From contig OY970309.1 in assembly GCA_963716395.1 (NCBI GenBank), positions 832,001 through 896,000 of the forward strand: 64,000 bases of DNA, written 5' to 3'. The DNA comes from an uncultured Fibrobacteria bacterium. Its GTDB lineage: Bacteria > Fibrobacterota > Fibrobacteria > UBA11236. The translations under genes and the position numbers were made by a program. Positions within the stretch are counted from its first letter, which is position 1. Every line of letters starts with the position of its first letter. Positions 55,986-64,000 of this stretch are shown here, one piece after another. A model generated the notes under the pieces. It worked only from the letters and a program-made list of their open reading frames with translations. It was not told where the DNA came from and searched no databases.

Positions 55986-57160
55986 TCGGCATCCGGCGCG
56001 GCTTCGGCGCCGCCTTCCTCCTCGTGGCCGTGACCGTCGCCCTCTTCGGGGGCGGGTTTGGCGTCGCTTTCGGATTTCATGACCGAGGGGTTGAACTCCA
56101 TGCGCCGGGCTTCTTTGGTTTCTCCCAACCGGAGAATCTCGGCGCAATCATCGCAATAACCCAGTTCGCGATCAATGGTGAAGCGCGGCGACACCGGATT
56201 GATTCCGCATTTGGTGCACATCTGCGGTTTCACGGCATTGCGTTTCACGAAGAACTGATGCTCCAATTCGCGTTCGATGCGCTCCACCAATTCTTCGGGG
56301 CTTTCTTCGGCGGTGGTTCCCTTGCGGCGCGATTGGATGTCGAGCGGCGCGGGATTGGCCAAGGACTTGTCGCCCCGCTTGATCACGCGCTCGGTGCCGG
56401 GCTTGACCTCGAAGAAAAATATTTTGGGCGGACGCTTCAGGGCCGGATCCAGGCCGAAAATTTCCCATTCGTTGGCCGCGGTCTTTACCGCCGCGGTTTT
56501 TTTCCCGTCGGCCGCGGTCGGAAGCGGCGCGGGGTTGGCCGGTTTGGAGGACTTGGATTTGGGGTCGGCGGGTTTGGATTTCGGATCGGCTTTTTTCGCG
56601 GCGGCGGGTTTGGCCTCGGATTTGGTTTTCGCCTCGACAGCTTTGGGTGGAGTTTTCCCCTCTCCTGCTTTCACCGGCACCGCCGGTTTTGCGGCCGGGG
56701 AAGCCTTGCCTGCCTTCGGCTTGGCGGCCTCGGTGGAAGCGGTCGCAGGTTTGCCCGGTTTAGCCGCCGGCGGCTTGGCTTTGCCGGCGCTGTTCTTGCC
56801 TTCCTCGGCGGGGGCCTTCGCGGGTTTGCCCGCTTTCGCCGCCGGTTTGGACTTTTCCGCGCCGGGTTTGGCGGCGACTTTCGATGAGGACGCCGTTTTT
56901 TTCTCCGGCGGGTTTTTAGCGGGCGGGACTTTTTTTGCGGTCACAGGCTTTTTCGCTTTGCCCGAGTCGGGCGGTTTGGGAGCGGAGGCTTTTTTCGGCT
57001 TGACCGCGGCGGTTTTTTTCTTCGCAGCCGGCGTCTTCGCCGGCGCAGATTTCTTTACTTGACTTTTTGGGGCGGCGGCGGGCTTGCTTTCAGGCGCCTT
57101 TTGGAGCGCTTTATTGTGCGCCTTTTCGCGTTTCTTCTTTTTCTTTTTCGAATCTCCCAT
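55982..57160 (-). CDS. Lys/Ala/Pro-rich protein with C-terminal C4 zinc finger
   Basis: About 220 aa histone-H1-like low-complexity region, then CTKC-x17-CDDC and an acidic tail. Confidence 0.8.
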   Translation of the reverse strand: MGDSKKKKKKREKAHNKALQKAPESKPAAAPKSQVKKSAPAKTPAAKKKTAAVKPKKASAPKPPDSGKAKKPVTAKKVPPAKNPPEKKTASSSKVAAKPGAEKSKPAAKAGKPAKAPAEEGKNSAGKAKPPAAKPGKPATASTEAAKPKAGKASPAAKPAVPVKAGEGKTPPKAVEAKTKSEAKPAAAKKADPKSKPADPKSKSSKPANPAPLPTAADGKKTAAVKTAANEWEIFGLDPALKRPPKIFFFEVKPGTERVIKRGDKSLANPAPLDIQSRRKGTTAEESPEELVERIERELEHQFFVKRNAVKPQMCTKCGINPVSPRFTIDRELGYCDDCAEILRLGETKEARRMEFNPSVMKSESDAKPAPEEGDGHGHEEEGGAEAAPDAD

Positions 57161-57177
57161 CACTCCCGCCCGCTGCC

Positions 57178-57729
57178 TTATGGCTTTTTCACTTCCGTGA
57201 TCTTAACGGACAAAATGGGATCGCCTTTTTCGATGCGCGTCAAGACGTCGAAGCCGGAGATCAATTTTCCGAAAATCGTGTTTTTGCCGTTGAGGAATTT
57301 CTGGGGCATTTCGCAAATGAAAAATTGCGATCCGCCCGAATTGGGTCCGGCATTGGCCATAGAAAGCGTGCCGGCTTCGTGTGTGAGCGTGGAGGAAAGC
57401 TCATCGGGAATGGTGTATCCCGGGCCGCCCGTACCGTCGCCGTTGGGGTCGCCGCCCTGCACGACGAAACCCTGAATCACCCGGTGAAAGGTGAGGCCGT
57501 TGTAGAAACCTGTATCGGCCAAATGGATGAAGTTGGCCACGGTATTGGGGGCATCCTTGAAAAACAGTTCGAACTTCATGGTGCCTTCGGAAGTCGTGAT
57601 CTCCGCGAAAATCTGCTTGGTGTGGGAATAATCGCGGTGGAAAAGGCGGGGTTTAAGTTGGGCGAATGCGGTCAGCGGCAACACCACCGACAGCGCGATG
57701 AAAATTTTCGCCACGGACAATCCTTTCAT
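57178..57729 (-). CDS. Exported cyclophilin-type peptidyl-prolyl isomerase
   Basis: FYNGLTFHRVIQGFVVQGGDP, LSMANAGPNSGGSQFFI; signal peptide; ATG 57729. Confidence 0.95.
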   Translation of the reverse strand: MKGLSVAKIFIALSVVLPLTAFAQLKPRLFHRDYSHTKQIFAEITTSEGTMKFELFFKDAPNTVANFIHLADTGFYNGLTFHRVIQGFVVQGGDPNGDGTGGPGYTIPDELSSTLTHEAGTLSMANAGPNSGGSQFFICEMPQKFLNGKNTIFGKLISGFDVLTRIEKGDPILSVKITEVKKP

Positions 57730-57871
57730 GGAACTCCCCTCACAGCCGGGCCCTATTTCCCGTCGGAAAAATGAATCCTTAATATCTACAAAAATCGCAA
57801 GGCCTCGATGCGGCCGGGGGCTCGAAATACCGGCGCGCCGCGAAGATGGCGCCATTCCATTTTAGGTAACT

Positions 57872-59707
57872 TTGACCCCCTTCGAGGAGCCTGCCATTTT
57901 GCTGCGTCCGGATTCCGACCGCCTCCGCAATTTCTGCATCATCGCGCATATCGACCATGGAAAGTCGACCTTGGCGGATCGCATGCTCGAGATCACCGGC
58001 ACGGTGACCCCGAAGCAAATGCAGAACCAGGTGCTCGACGACATGGATTTGGAGCGCGAACGCGGCATCACCATCAAGTCGCACGCCATTCGCATGCGTT
58101 ATGAATATCACGAACAGGAATATTGGCTCAACCTGATCGACACGCCGGGACATGTCGATTTCACCTACGAAGTCTCGCGCAGCCTGGCGGCCTGCGAAGG
58201 CGCGGTGCTGGTGGTCGACTCCACCCAGGGCATCGAGGCGCAAACCCTGAGCAACCTGTATCTGGCGCTGGGCCACAATCTGACCCTGATACCGATTCTG
58301 AACAAAATCGATTTGCCCTCGGCGCATCCCGACGACATCGCCCGGAATCTGGGTGAACTCCTGGGTTACGATCCGGATCGCATCCTCCGCGTTTCGGCCA
58401 AAGAAGGCATCGGTGTGCGCGCGCTGCTCGACCGCATCGTCGAAGACGTACCCCCGCCGACCGGCGACCGCGCCGCACCCGCGCGGGCCCTCATCTTCGA
58501 TTCCAAATTCGATTCGTACCGCGGCGCCATCGCCTACGTGCGCGTGTTCGACGGCGTGCTGGAACAAAAAGCCCCCATCCGCCTGTGGGCCACGGAAAAG
58601 GATTTCGAGATCACCGAACTCGGGGTGCTGGCGTTGGAGCGCATTCCCACCCAGGCCCTGGCGGCGGGCGAGGTCGGCTACGTGGTCGCCAACATCAAAA
58701 ACGTGCGCGACACCAAAATCGGCGACACCATCGTGGATCGCCGCCGGCTGCCGGCCGGGCCGCTGCAAGGCTACCAGGAAATCAAACCCATGGTGTTCGC
58801 CGGCATCTATCCGGTCGACAGCGAAGACTTCGAAGACCTGCGCGATGCGCTGGAAAGGCTCGCCCTCAACGATTCGGCGCTGTCGTGGCAGCCCGAAACC
58901 TCGCAGGCCCTGGGGTTCGGCTACCGCGTCGGCTTTCTCGGGCTTTTGCACATGGAGGTGGTGCGCGAACGCCTGGATCGCGAATTCAACATGAACGTCA
59001 TCTCCACCGTGCCCAATGTGGAGTACCACGTCAAACTGCCGCATGACCGCATCCTGACCATCGAAAACCCCAGCAAGCTGCCCGATGCCGGTCATTACGA
59101 AGGCATCGAAGAACCATTCGTCAAGTCCCACGTCATCGTGCCCAAAGATTATGTGGGGGGCATCATGAAGCTGGCCGAGGAAAAACGCGGCATTTTCGCG
59201 CACATGGAGTATCTCACCCCCGACAAGGTCGACCTCACCTATGAGTTCCCGTTGGGCGAAATCATGTTCGATTTTTTCGACAAGATGAAGTCGGCCAGCA
59301 AGGGTTACGCCTCATTCGATTACGAGCCCATCGGGTACCGCGAAAGCAATCTGGTCAAACTCGATATTCTGCTCAACGGCGATCCCGTGGATGCCTTTTC
59401 GGTGATCATCCATCGCGACAAGGCCTATCATTGGGGCAGCGCCCTGTGCTCCAAGCTCAAAGAATTGATTCCGCAGCAGTTGTTCGAAGTGGCCATTCAG
59501 GCTGCCATCGGGGGGCGCGTTATCGCGCGCAGCACGGTGAAAGCCCTGCGTAAGAACGTGACGGCCAAATGCTACGGCGGCGACATTACCCGCAAGCGCA
59601 AGTTGCTGGATAAGCAGAAGGAAGGCAAGAAGCGCATGAAGGCCGTGGGCACGGTGGAAATTCCGCAGGAGGCTTTTCTGGCCGTGCTGTCGATGGATCA
59701 GGATTAA
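57872..59707 (+). CDS. lepA: Elongation factor 4 (LepA)
   Basis: [46 protein letters not shown]. Confidence 0.98.
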   Translation: MTPFEEPAILLRPDSDRLRNFCIIAHIDHGKSTLADRMLEITGTVTPKQMQNQVLDDMDLERERGITIKSHAIRMRYEYHEQEYWLNLIDTPGHVDFTYEVSRSLAACEGAVLVVDSTQGIEAQTLSNLYLALGHNLTLIPILNKIDLPSAHPDDIARNLGELLGYDPDRILRVSAKEGIGVRALLDRIVEDVPPPTGDRAAPARALIFDSKFDSYRGAIAYVRVFDGVLEQKAPIRLWATEKDFEITELGVLALERIPTQALAAGEVGYVVANIKNVRDTKIGDTIVDRRRLPAGPLQGYQEIKPMVFAGIYPVDSEDFEDLRDALERLALNDSALSWQPETSQALGFGYRVGFLGLLHMEVVRERLDREFNMNVISTVPNVEYHVKLPHDRILTIENPSKLPDAGHYEGIEEPFVKSHVIVPKDYVGGIMKLAEEKRGIFAHMEYLTPDKVDLTYEFPLGEIMFDFFDKMKSASKGYASFDYEPIGYRESNLVKLDILLNGDPVDAFSVIIHRDKAYHWGSALCSKLKELIPQQLFEVAIQAAIGGRVIARSTVKALRKNVTAKCYGGDITRKRKLLDKQKEGKKRMKAVGTVEIPQEAFLAVLSMDQD

Positions 59708-59716
59708 ACCAAAGAA

Positions 59717-59734
59717 GCCGCCCGTGAGGGCGGC
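59717..59734. terminator. Terminator hairpin between convergent genes
   Basis: GCCGCCC-GTGA-GGGCGGC; TTCTTT tail on minus strand. Confidence 0.75.
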
Positions 59735-59759
59735 CTCTGACCCGATCTCCTATCCGAAC

Positions 59760-60140
59760 CTACTTGGCCGAATCGGCCTCGGCCTTTTTCATTTTCATCT
59801 TGCCGGTCTTATGGGCGGGATGAATTTTAATCAGCGAGGCTTCCTTCTGACCGTTGGCCTCGGTGTATTTGATGCTCACATGCGAATCGGCGGAAACGTC
59901 GGCCAGGGCTACGGTTTTCTTGCCCTCTTCGATTTTGGCGGTGGCCGGAACCGAGAAGGAATCCTGGTCTTTCTTGCCTTTGACCACGATGGTGTTGCCG
60001 ACCGCGTCGGTGGAGACCACCGTACCGCTCATCCACATGGATTTGACCTTGGACGCATGTTCGGTTTTGGTGGCGGCGTCGGCCAGTACCGCCCCTTGCA
60101 GGGCGAGCATCGCGCAAAGTGCGTAAGCGTAAGTTTTCAT
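59760..60140 (-). CDS. Small exported beta-rich (OB-fold-like) protein
   Basis: AGGAG RBS; signal peptide; GTVVSTD..TIVV..LADV..VSIKY. Confidence 0.8.
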   Translation of the reverse strand: MKTYAYALCAMLALQGAVLADAATKTEHASKVKSMWMSGTVVSTDAVGNTIVVKGKKDQDSFSVPATAKIEEGKKTVALADVSADSHVSIKYTEANGQKEASLIKIHPAHKTGKMKMKKAEADSAK

Positions 60141-60190
60141 GAAATGACTCCTGTTTGTTCTTCCAACTCGGAAGCTTGCCACCCCTTAGC

Positions 60191-60205
60191 GCAAGGCGCG
60201 TGCCA
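60191..60205 (-). promoter_or_regulatory. sigma54 (-24/-12) promoter
   Basis: Minus strand TGGCACGCGCCTTGC matches TGGCAC-N5-TTGC, 50 nt upstream of ATG 60140. Confidence 0.85.
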
Positions 60206-60267
60206 TAAGGAATCTGGAAATTTCGTGCAAAAAAGGCGCCACGAAAGCGGATTAAAATGGATTCATC

Positions 60268-60296
60268 CCAAATGGGTTGCACACCAACCCATTTGG
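60268..60296. promoter_or_regulatory. Putative upstream activator sequence for the NtrC-family regulator
   Basis: Perfect 12-bp inverted repeat CCAAATGGGTTG-cacac-CAACCCATTTGG, 60-90 bp upstream of the sigma54 site. Confidence 0.65.
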
Positions 60297-60335
60297 TGCA
60301 GCCGGATGCATGGTGGAAAGTGAATCCGGACGCAG

Positions 60336-60671
60336 CTAGCGCCGGTGATGCGCCGTTCTACCAGGAAGCACCTCCACGTCGGTGGCCACCAGTTGCTTGC
60401 CGTCTTCCTGATAATGCACCGACACGCGCAGGCCGCGTTGGATCTGGCTGAAGAACAGCATTTCCTTGCCCTGTTGAATGGCGGCCGTGACCGGCACTTG
60501 AATTTCGACTTCGCGTTTGCGGCCTTCATGCACGGTAAGGATTTTGGTTTTGGGTTGCACGGCCGTCACGGTGCCGATCGCCAGGTGCTCGCGCACTCGG
60601 GCCGAAGCCGGAAGGGGCAGTAGAATGGGAACGGCGAGCAGGGCCGAGAAAAATCCAGCGGCGTATTTCAT
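60336..60671 (-). CDS. Small exported beta-rich protein, similar to 59760..60140
   Basis: GGAGG RBS; signal peptide; GTVTAV..VPVTAAIQQGK..VSVHY. Confidence 0.75.
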   Translation of the reverse strand: MKYAAGFFSALLAVPILLPLPASARVREHLAIGTVTAVQPKTKILTVHEGRKREVEIQVPVTAAIQQGKEMLFFSQIQRGLRVSVHYQEDGKQLVATDVEVLPGRTAHHRR

Positions 60672-60752
60672 AATTACCTCCGAAAACAAGGGGTCAAGGT
60701 GAGGATAGTATGAATACTGAATCTGATGAAAAAGGCAAGCGCCGCCCGGCGC

Positions 60753-62108
60753 TCAATGGCCCTTGAGCCCGAATTTCATGGCCCGGTATTGGAAGGTACG
60801 GTAGGTCATCCCCAACAGCTTGGCGGCCTCGGCCATCACGCCGCCGCTGCGATCCAAGGCCTGGCTCATCAGACTGCGCTCCACATCTTCGAACACCACG
60901 CCTTGCGCGGGCAGGGAGAAGCCCGCCGCGCCGCGGTCATCCGCACCTTTGTTGCCGGGATTCCGCAACTCCGGGGGAAGATCGCCGCGCTGGATTTCCT
61001 GGCCGCGCGTCAATACGCACACCCGTTCGAGCAAGGCCTCCAACTCGCGCACGTTTCCCGGCCAATCGTATTGCCGCAACGCGTCCATGGCATCGTCGGA
61101 AATGGCCTTGCGACGCGAGGGATGCCCGAGGAATTGCCGCGCCAGGGGCGCGATGTCTTCGCGGCGCTCGCGCAAGGGAGGAATCACGATGGGGATCACG
61201 TTGAGGCGGTAGAACAAATCCTCGCGAAAAGAACCTTGGCGAATGCTGTCCTGCAGGTGGCGATGCGTCGCCGCGAAGATGCGGAGGTCGACGGGGAGGG
61301 AGGCCACGCCGCCCACGCGGCGGATCTCCTTTTCCTGGATGGCGCGCAGCAATTTAGCCTGGAGGCTGAGGGGCATATCGCCCACTTCGTCGAGAAAAAG
61401 CGTGCTGCCGTCGGCCGCTTCAAACAAACCGATCTTGCGCGCCGACGCGCCGGTGAAGGCCCCTTTTTCATGTCCGAACAATTCGGTTTCCAGCAAAGTT
61501 TCGGGAAAGGCCGAACAATTGATGCTCAGAATGGGTTTGCGGCCGCGCGGACTTTTAGCGTGGATAAGCTTGGCCACGCGTTCTTTGCCGGTGCCGCTCT
61601 CGCCCTGGATGAGCACGGTGGCATCGCTGCGCGACACCAGGTCGATGGTTTCGAGAATCGCTTTCATGGCGTCGGATTCGGCCACCAACCCCTGTCCGAT
61701 GGCGGCTTGCGACGCCTGGCGCCACCCCGTGGATTCATGCCGCAGGGCGCATTTTTCGGCCGCGCGCTGCACCAGCAGCACCAACTCGTTTTTATCCAGC
61801 GGTTTGTTGAGATAATCATAGGCCCCGAGGCGCATGGCCTTGACCGCGGTGTCGACGCTGCCGAACGCCGTGACCACCACCACTTCGGGAGCGGGCGTGA
61901 GCTTCAGGGCCGACTCCAAAAGATGCAGCCCGCCCTGGCCGGGCATGCGCATATCGGTCAGCACCACCTGGCAGGGTCGCTGCTGCAAAAGTTCGAGGGC
62001 CTCTTCCGCGCTGCCGGCCTCCGCCACTTCGTGGCGTTCGGCTTTCAGGATGCTGGCCGTAATTCGGCGCTGGGCCGCATCGTCGTCGGCGATGAGAATG
62101 CGCGCCAT
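60753..62108 (-). CDS. sigma54-dependent response regulator (NtrC/AtoC/ZraR family)
   Basis: Receiver (ADDD, TDMRMPG), GESGTGKE, GAFTGA, FLDEVGD, WPGNVREL, C-terminal HTH. Confidence 0.95.
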   Translation of the reverse strand: MARILIADDDAAQRRITASILKAERHEVAEAGSAEEALELLQQRPCQVVLTDMRMPGQGGLHLLESALKLTPAPEVVVVTAFGSVDTAVKAMRLGAYDYLNKPLDKNELVLLVQRAAEKCALRHESTGWRQASQAAIGQGLVAESDAMKAILETIDLVSRSDATVLIQGESGTGKERVAKLIHAKSPRGRKPILSINCSAFPETLLETELFGHEKGAFTGASARKIGLFEAADGSTLFLDEVGDMPLSLQAKLLRAIQEKEIRRVGGVASLPVDLRIFAATHRHLQDSIRQGSFREDLFYRLNVIPIVIPPLRERREDIAPLARQFLGHPSRRKAISDDAMDALRQYDWPGNVRELEALLERVCVLTRGQEIQRGDLPPELRNPGNKGADDRGAAGFSLPAQGVVFEDVERSLMSQALDRSGGVMAEAAKLLGMTYRTFQYRAMKFGLKGH

Positions 62109-63571
62109 CACGCCTTTCCGGGCAGCCGCACTTCGAAGCAGGCGCCGCCCTGCGACCGGTTGAAGGCGCGCACCCGCCCGCCATGCTCTTCGGCGATGCG
62201 GCGCACCAGCGCCAGCCCCAATCCCACGCCCGACTCCTTGCGGGTAAAATACGGATCGAACACCCGGTTCAAATCCTCCGTCTGAATTCCCGACCCGTTG
62301 TCGAGCACCCGGGCTTCGACCCAGGCCCGGCCGGCCTCGGCGTCGGGGGCGGTTTCGGCCTCCACCTCGATGCGACCCTGCGCGGGCGCGGCCTCGGCGG
62401 CATTGAGCAAAAGGTTCAGGAACAAAAGACGCACCTGTTCCTTGTCGGCATGCAATTGCGCCGACGCGGGCACGCGGTTATCGATCTCGACGTTCTTGGC
62501 GATCAGTTGGGGCCGCAACAGCGCCCCGGCCTCTTCCAGCACGTCGCGGAGCCCGAAGTCTTCCTGGCGCAGGCGTCCGGGACGGCTCACCGACAGGAAG
62601 TGGTGGACCACCTGATTGAGATGATGCACTTCGGCCTGGAGCGATTTGGTCAGCTCCTGGTAATCGGCCCGTTGCGCGGGATCGGCCGGCGCAAAGGTAT
62701 CGCCCAGGTGACCCGCGGTGAGATTGATGAGGTTGAGGGGGTTGCGGATTTCATGCGCCAGGCTCGCGGCCATCTCAGCCACCAGCGATTGCCGTTCCAA
62801 CTGGCGCAACTTGTCTTCGAGACTCTGGCGCTCGGCTAGGCGCTCTACCATGGTGTTGAAGGCCGTGAACAGGCGGCCGACCTCGTCGTTGCGCGGCGGC
62901 GCCCGCAGCCGCAGATTCAATTCGCCCCGCGCCACCTTTTGCGAAGCGGTGCCCAGCGTGCGCAACGGCTGGTTCAGCAAATGCAGCAGATAAGAAGACG
63001 CGAGAAAGGCCAAAAACAAGGCGGCCAGCGCCACCACCAAATTGCGCACCAGGGCGTCGGCCACCAGGGCGCGAAAGTCGCGGAGCACGATGGAGGTCTG
63101 CACCACGCCGATCACGCGCTGGTTGCGGACGATGGGCACGCGCACTTCGTAGCGCAGATTGCGGGCGCCGGTGTCGCTGGCGCCGAGATCCTCGCGAATG
63201 ATGATGGCTTTGCCGGCCAGCTTCGCCATCTCCTTCTCCGACCATTTCGCCTTGTGCCCGATTTTACTCGGGTTGCTGCTGGCCACGATTTCCTGTTGGC
63301 TGCTGATGATATGCACCTCGCGCACGTCTTTTTGCGCGGCGGCTTCTTTGACGAAACGTTCCAGCACTTCGCGATCCGGACCCTGATCGGCGGAAAGCTT
63401 CTCCGAAGACAAATGCACGGTGTTGCCGATGTCCTGCAGATCTTCGGTGATTTCCGCCAGCAGGCGTTGGGCGTTGCGCACATGGAAATACGTCATCAGG
63501 GCGGCCGCCACCACGACCAGCACGGCGAAGGTGAAAATTAAACGAGCCTGCAGACTCATGGGGAAAACCAT
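62108..63571 (-). CDS. Sensor histidine kinase (2 TM, HAMP, HisKA, HATPase)
   Basis: AHEIRNPL, NLLLNA, DNGSGI, FDPYFT, GVGLGL. Confidence 0.95.
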   Translation of the reverse strand: MVFPMSLQARLIFTFAVLVVVAAALMTYFHVRNAQRLLAEITEDLQDIGNTVHLSSEKLSADQGPDREVLERFVKEAAAQKDVREVHIISSQQEIVASSNPSKIGHKAKWSEKEMAKLAGKAIIIREDLGASDTGARNLRYEVRVPIVRNQRVIGVVQTSIVLRDFRALVADALVRNLVVALAALFLAFLASSYLLHLLNQPLRTLGTASQKVARGELNLRLRAPPRNDEVGRLFTAFNTMVERLAERQSLEDKLRQLERQSLVAEMAASLAHEIRNPLNLINLTAGHLGDTFAPADPAQRADYQELTKSLQAEVHHLNQVVHHFLSVSRPGRLRQEDFGLRDVLEEAGALLRPQLIAKNVEIDNRVPASAQLHADKEQVRLLFLNLLLNAAEAAPAQGRIEVEAETAPDAEAGRAWVEARVLDNGSGIQTEDLNRVFDPYFTRKESGVGLGLALVRRIAEEHGGRVRAFNRSQGGACFEVRLPGKA

Positions 63572-63628
63572 AGCAACCCTCCGCACGCGACGGCGCGGAG
63601 GATGTATGCGGACTGGCGCCGCGGGTAT

Positions 63629-63982
63629 TTATTTCGCCAGTTGTTGCAAGACGCTTTGGATTTTGCCCGCCTGACGCCGCAGCAATTTGACGCTGGTCAG
63701 GGCGTTTTTCAGACTGCGCAGTTTACGGCCATCCAGGGCCGAAGGGCCGGAACCGCCTCGGCCTTTACGGGGAGCCCCCGCCACGCCGTTTTTCATCCAC
63801 CGACGCAGGGCGATATAAGAAACGCCGAACTGACGGCACGCGGCGGTGATCCCGCCCCGACCCTGCTTGCGCACGAAAGCGATGATTTTTTTGCGTTCTT
63901 CCACACTATAACGTTTCCCCGTATTCCCTTTTTTCCGCGTGGCCTTTTTCAAATTGGCATCCTTTCTAGATAAAACAAACAA
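63629..63982 (-). CDS. Small basic HTH DNA-binding protein (start uncertain, possibly TTG 63952)
   Basis: KRYSVEERKKI..GGITAACRQFGVSYIALRRW plus C-terminal coiled coil. Confidence 0.7.
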   Translation of the reverse strand: MFVLSRKDANLKKATRKKGNTGKRYSVEERKKIIAFVRKQGRGGITAACRQFGVSYIALRRWMKNGVAGAPRKGRGGSGPSALDGRKLRSLKNALTSVKLLRRQAGKIQSVLQQLAK

Positions 63983-64000
63983 CCCGTTCCCATACTCATT

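Overview
GC-rich bacterial chromosomal segment, probably Fibrobacterota (inferred from a TIGR02147-type regulator and lipoproteins with ALAK-type linkers). Housekeeping flanks carry dxs, a TrmH methyltransferase, a rhomboid protease, an 11-subunit complex I operon lacking nuoEFG, mutS, a cyclophilin, lepA and a sigma54 two-component system. The main accessory element (15.2-30.6 kb) is a polymorphic toxin locus. Its head gene encodes a ~2500-aa teneurin-like YD/RHS protein (beta-solenoid/Ig/FN3 N-terminus, teneurin-like plug region, NHL propeller, YD shell) ending in a Tlde1/DUF2778-like peptidoglycan toxin. Four orphan toxin-tip/immunity cassettes follow, with near-identical recombination blocks, visible decay and a 162-bp MITE-like element at one junction. 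A RelE/HigB-XRE toxin-antitoxin pair closes the locus. A second unexplained module (33.7-46 kb) comprises a TIGR02147 regulator and two paralogous lipoproteins flanking a ~2650-aa exported TPR protein, with shared upstream motifs. All family assignments come from motif recognition by eye; no database searches were run.
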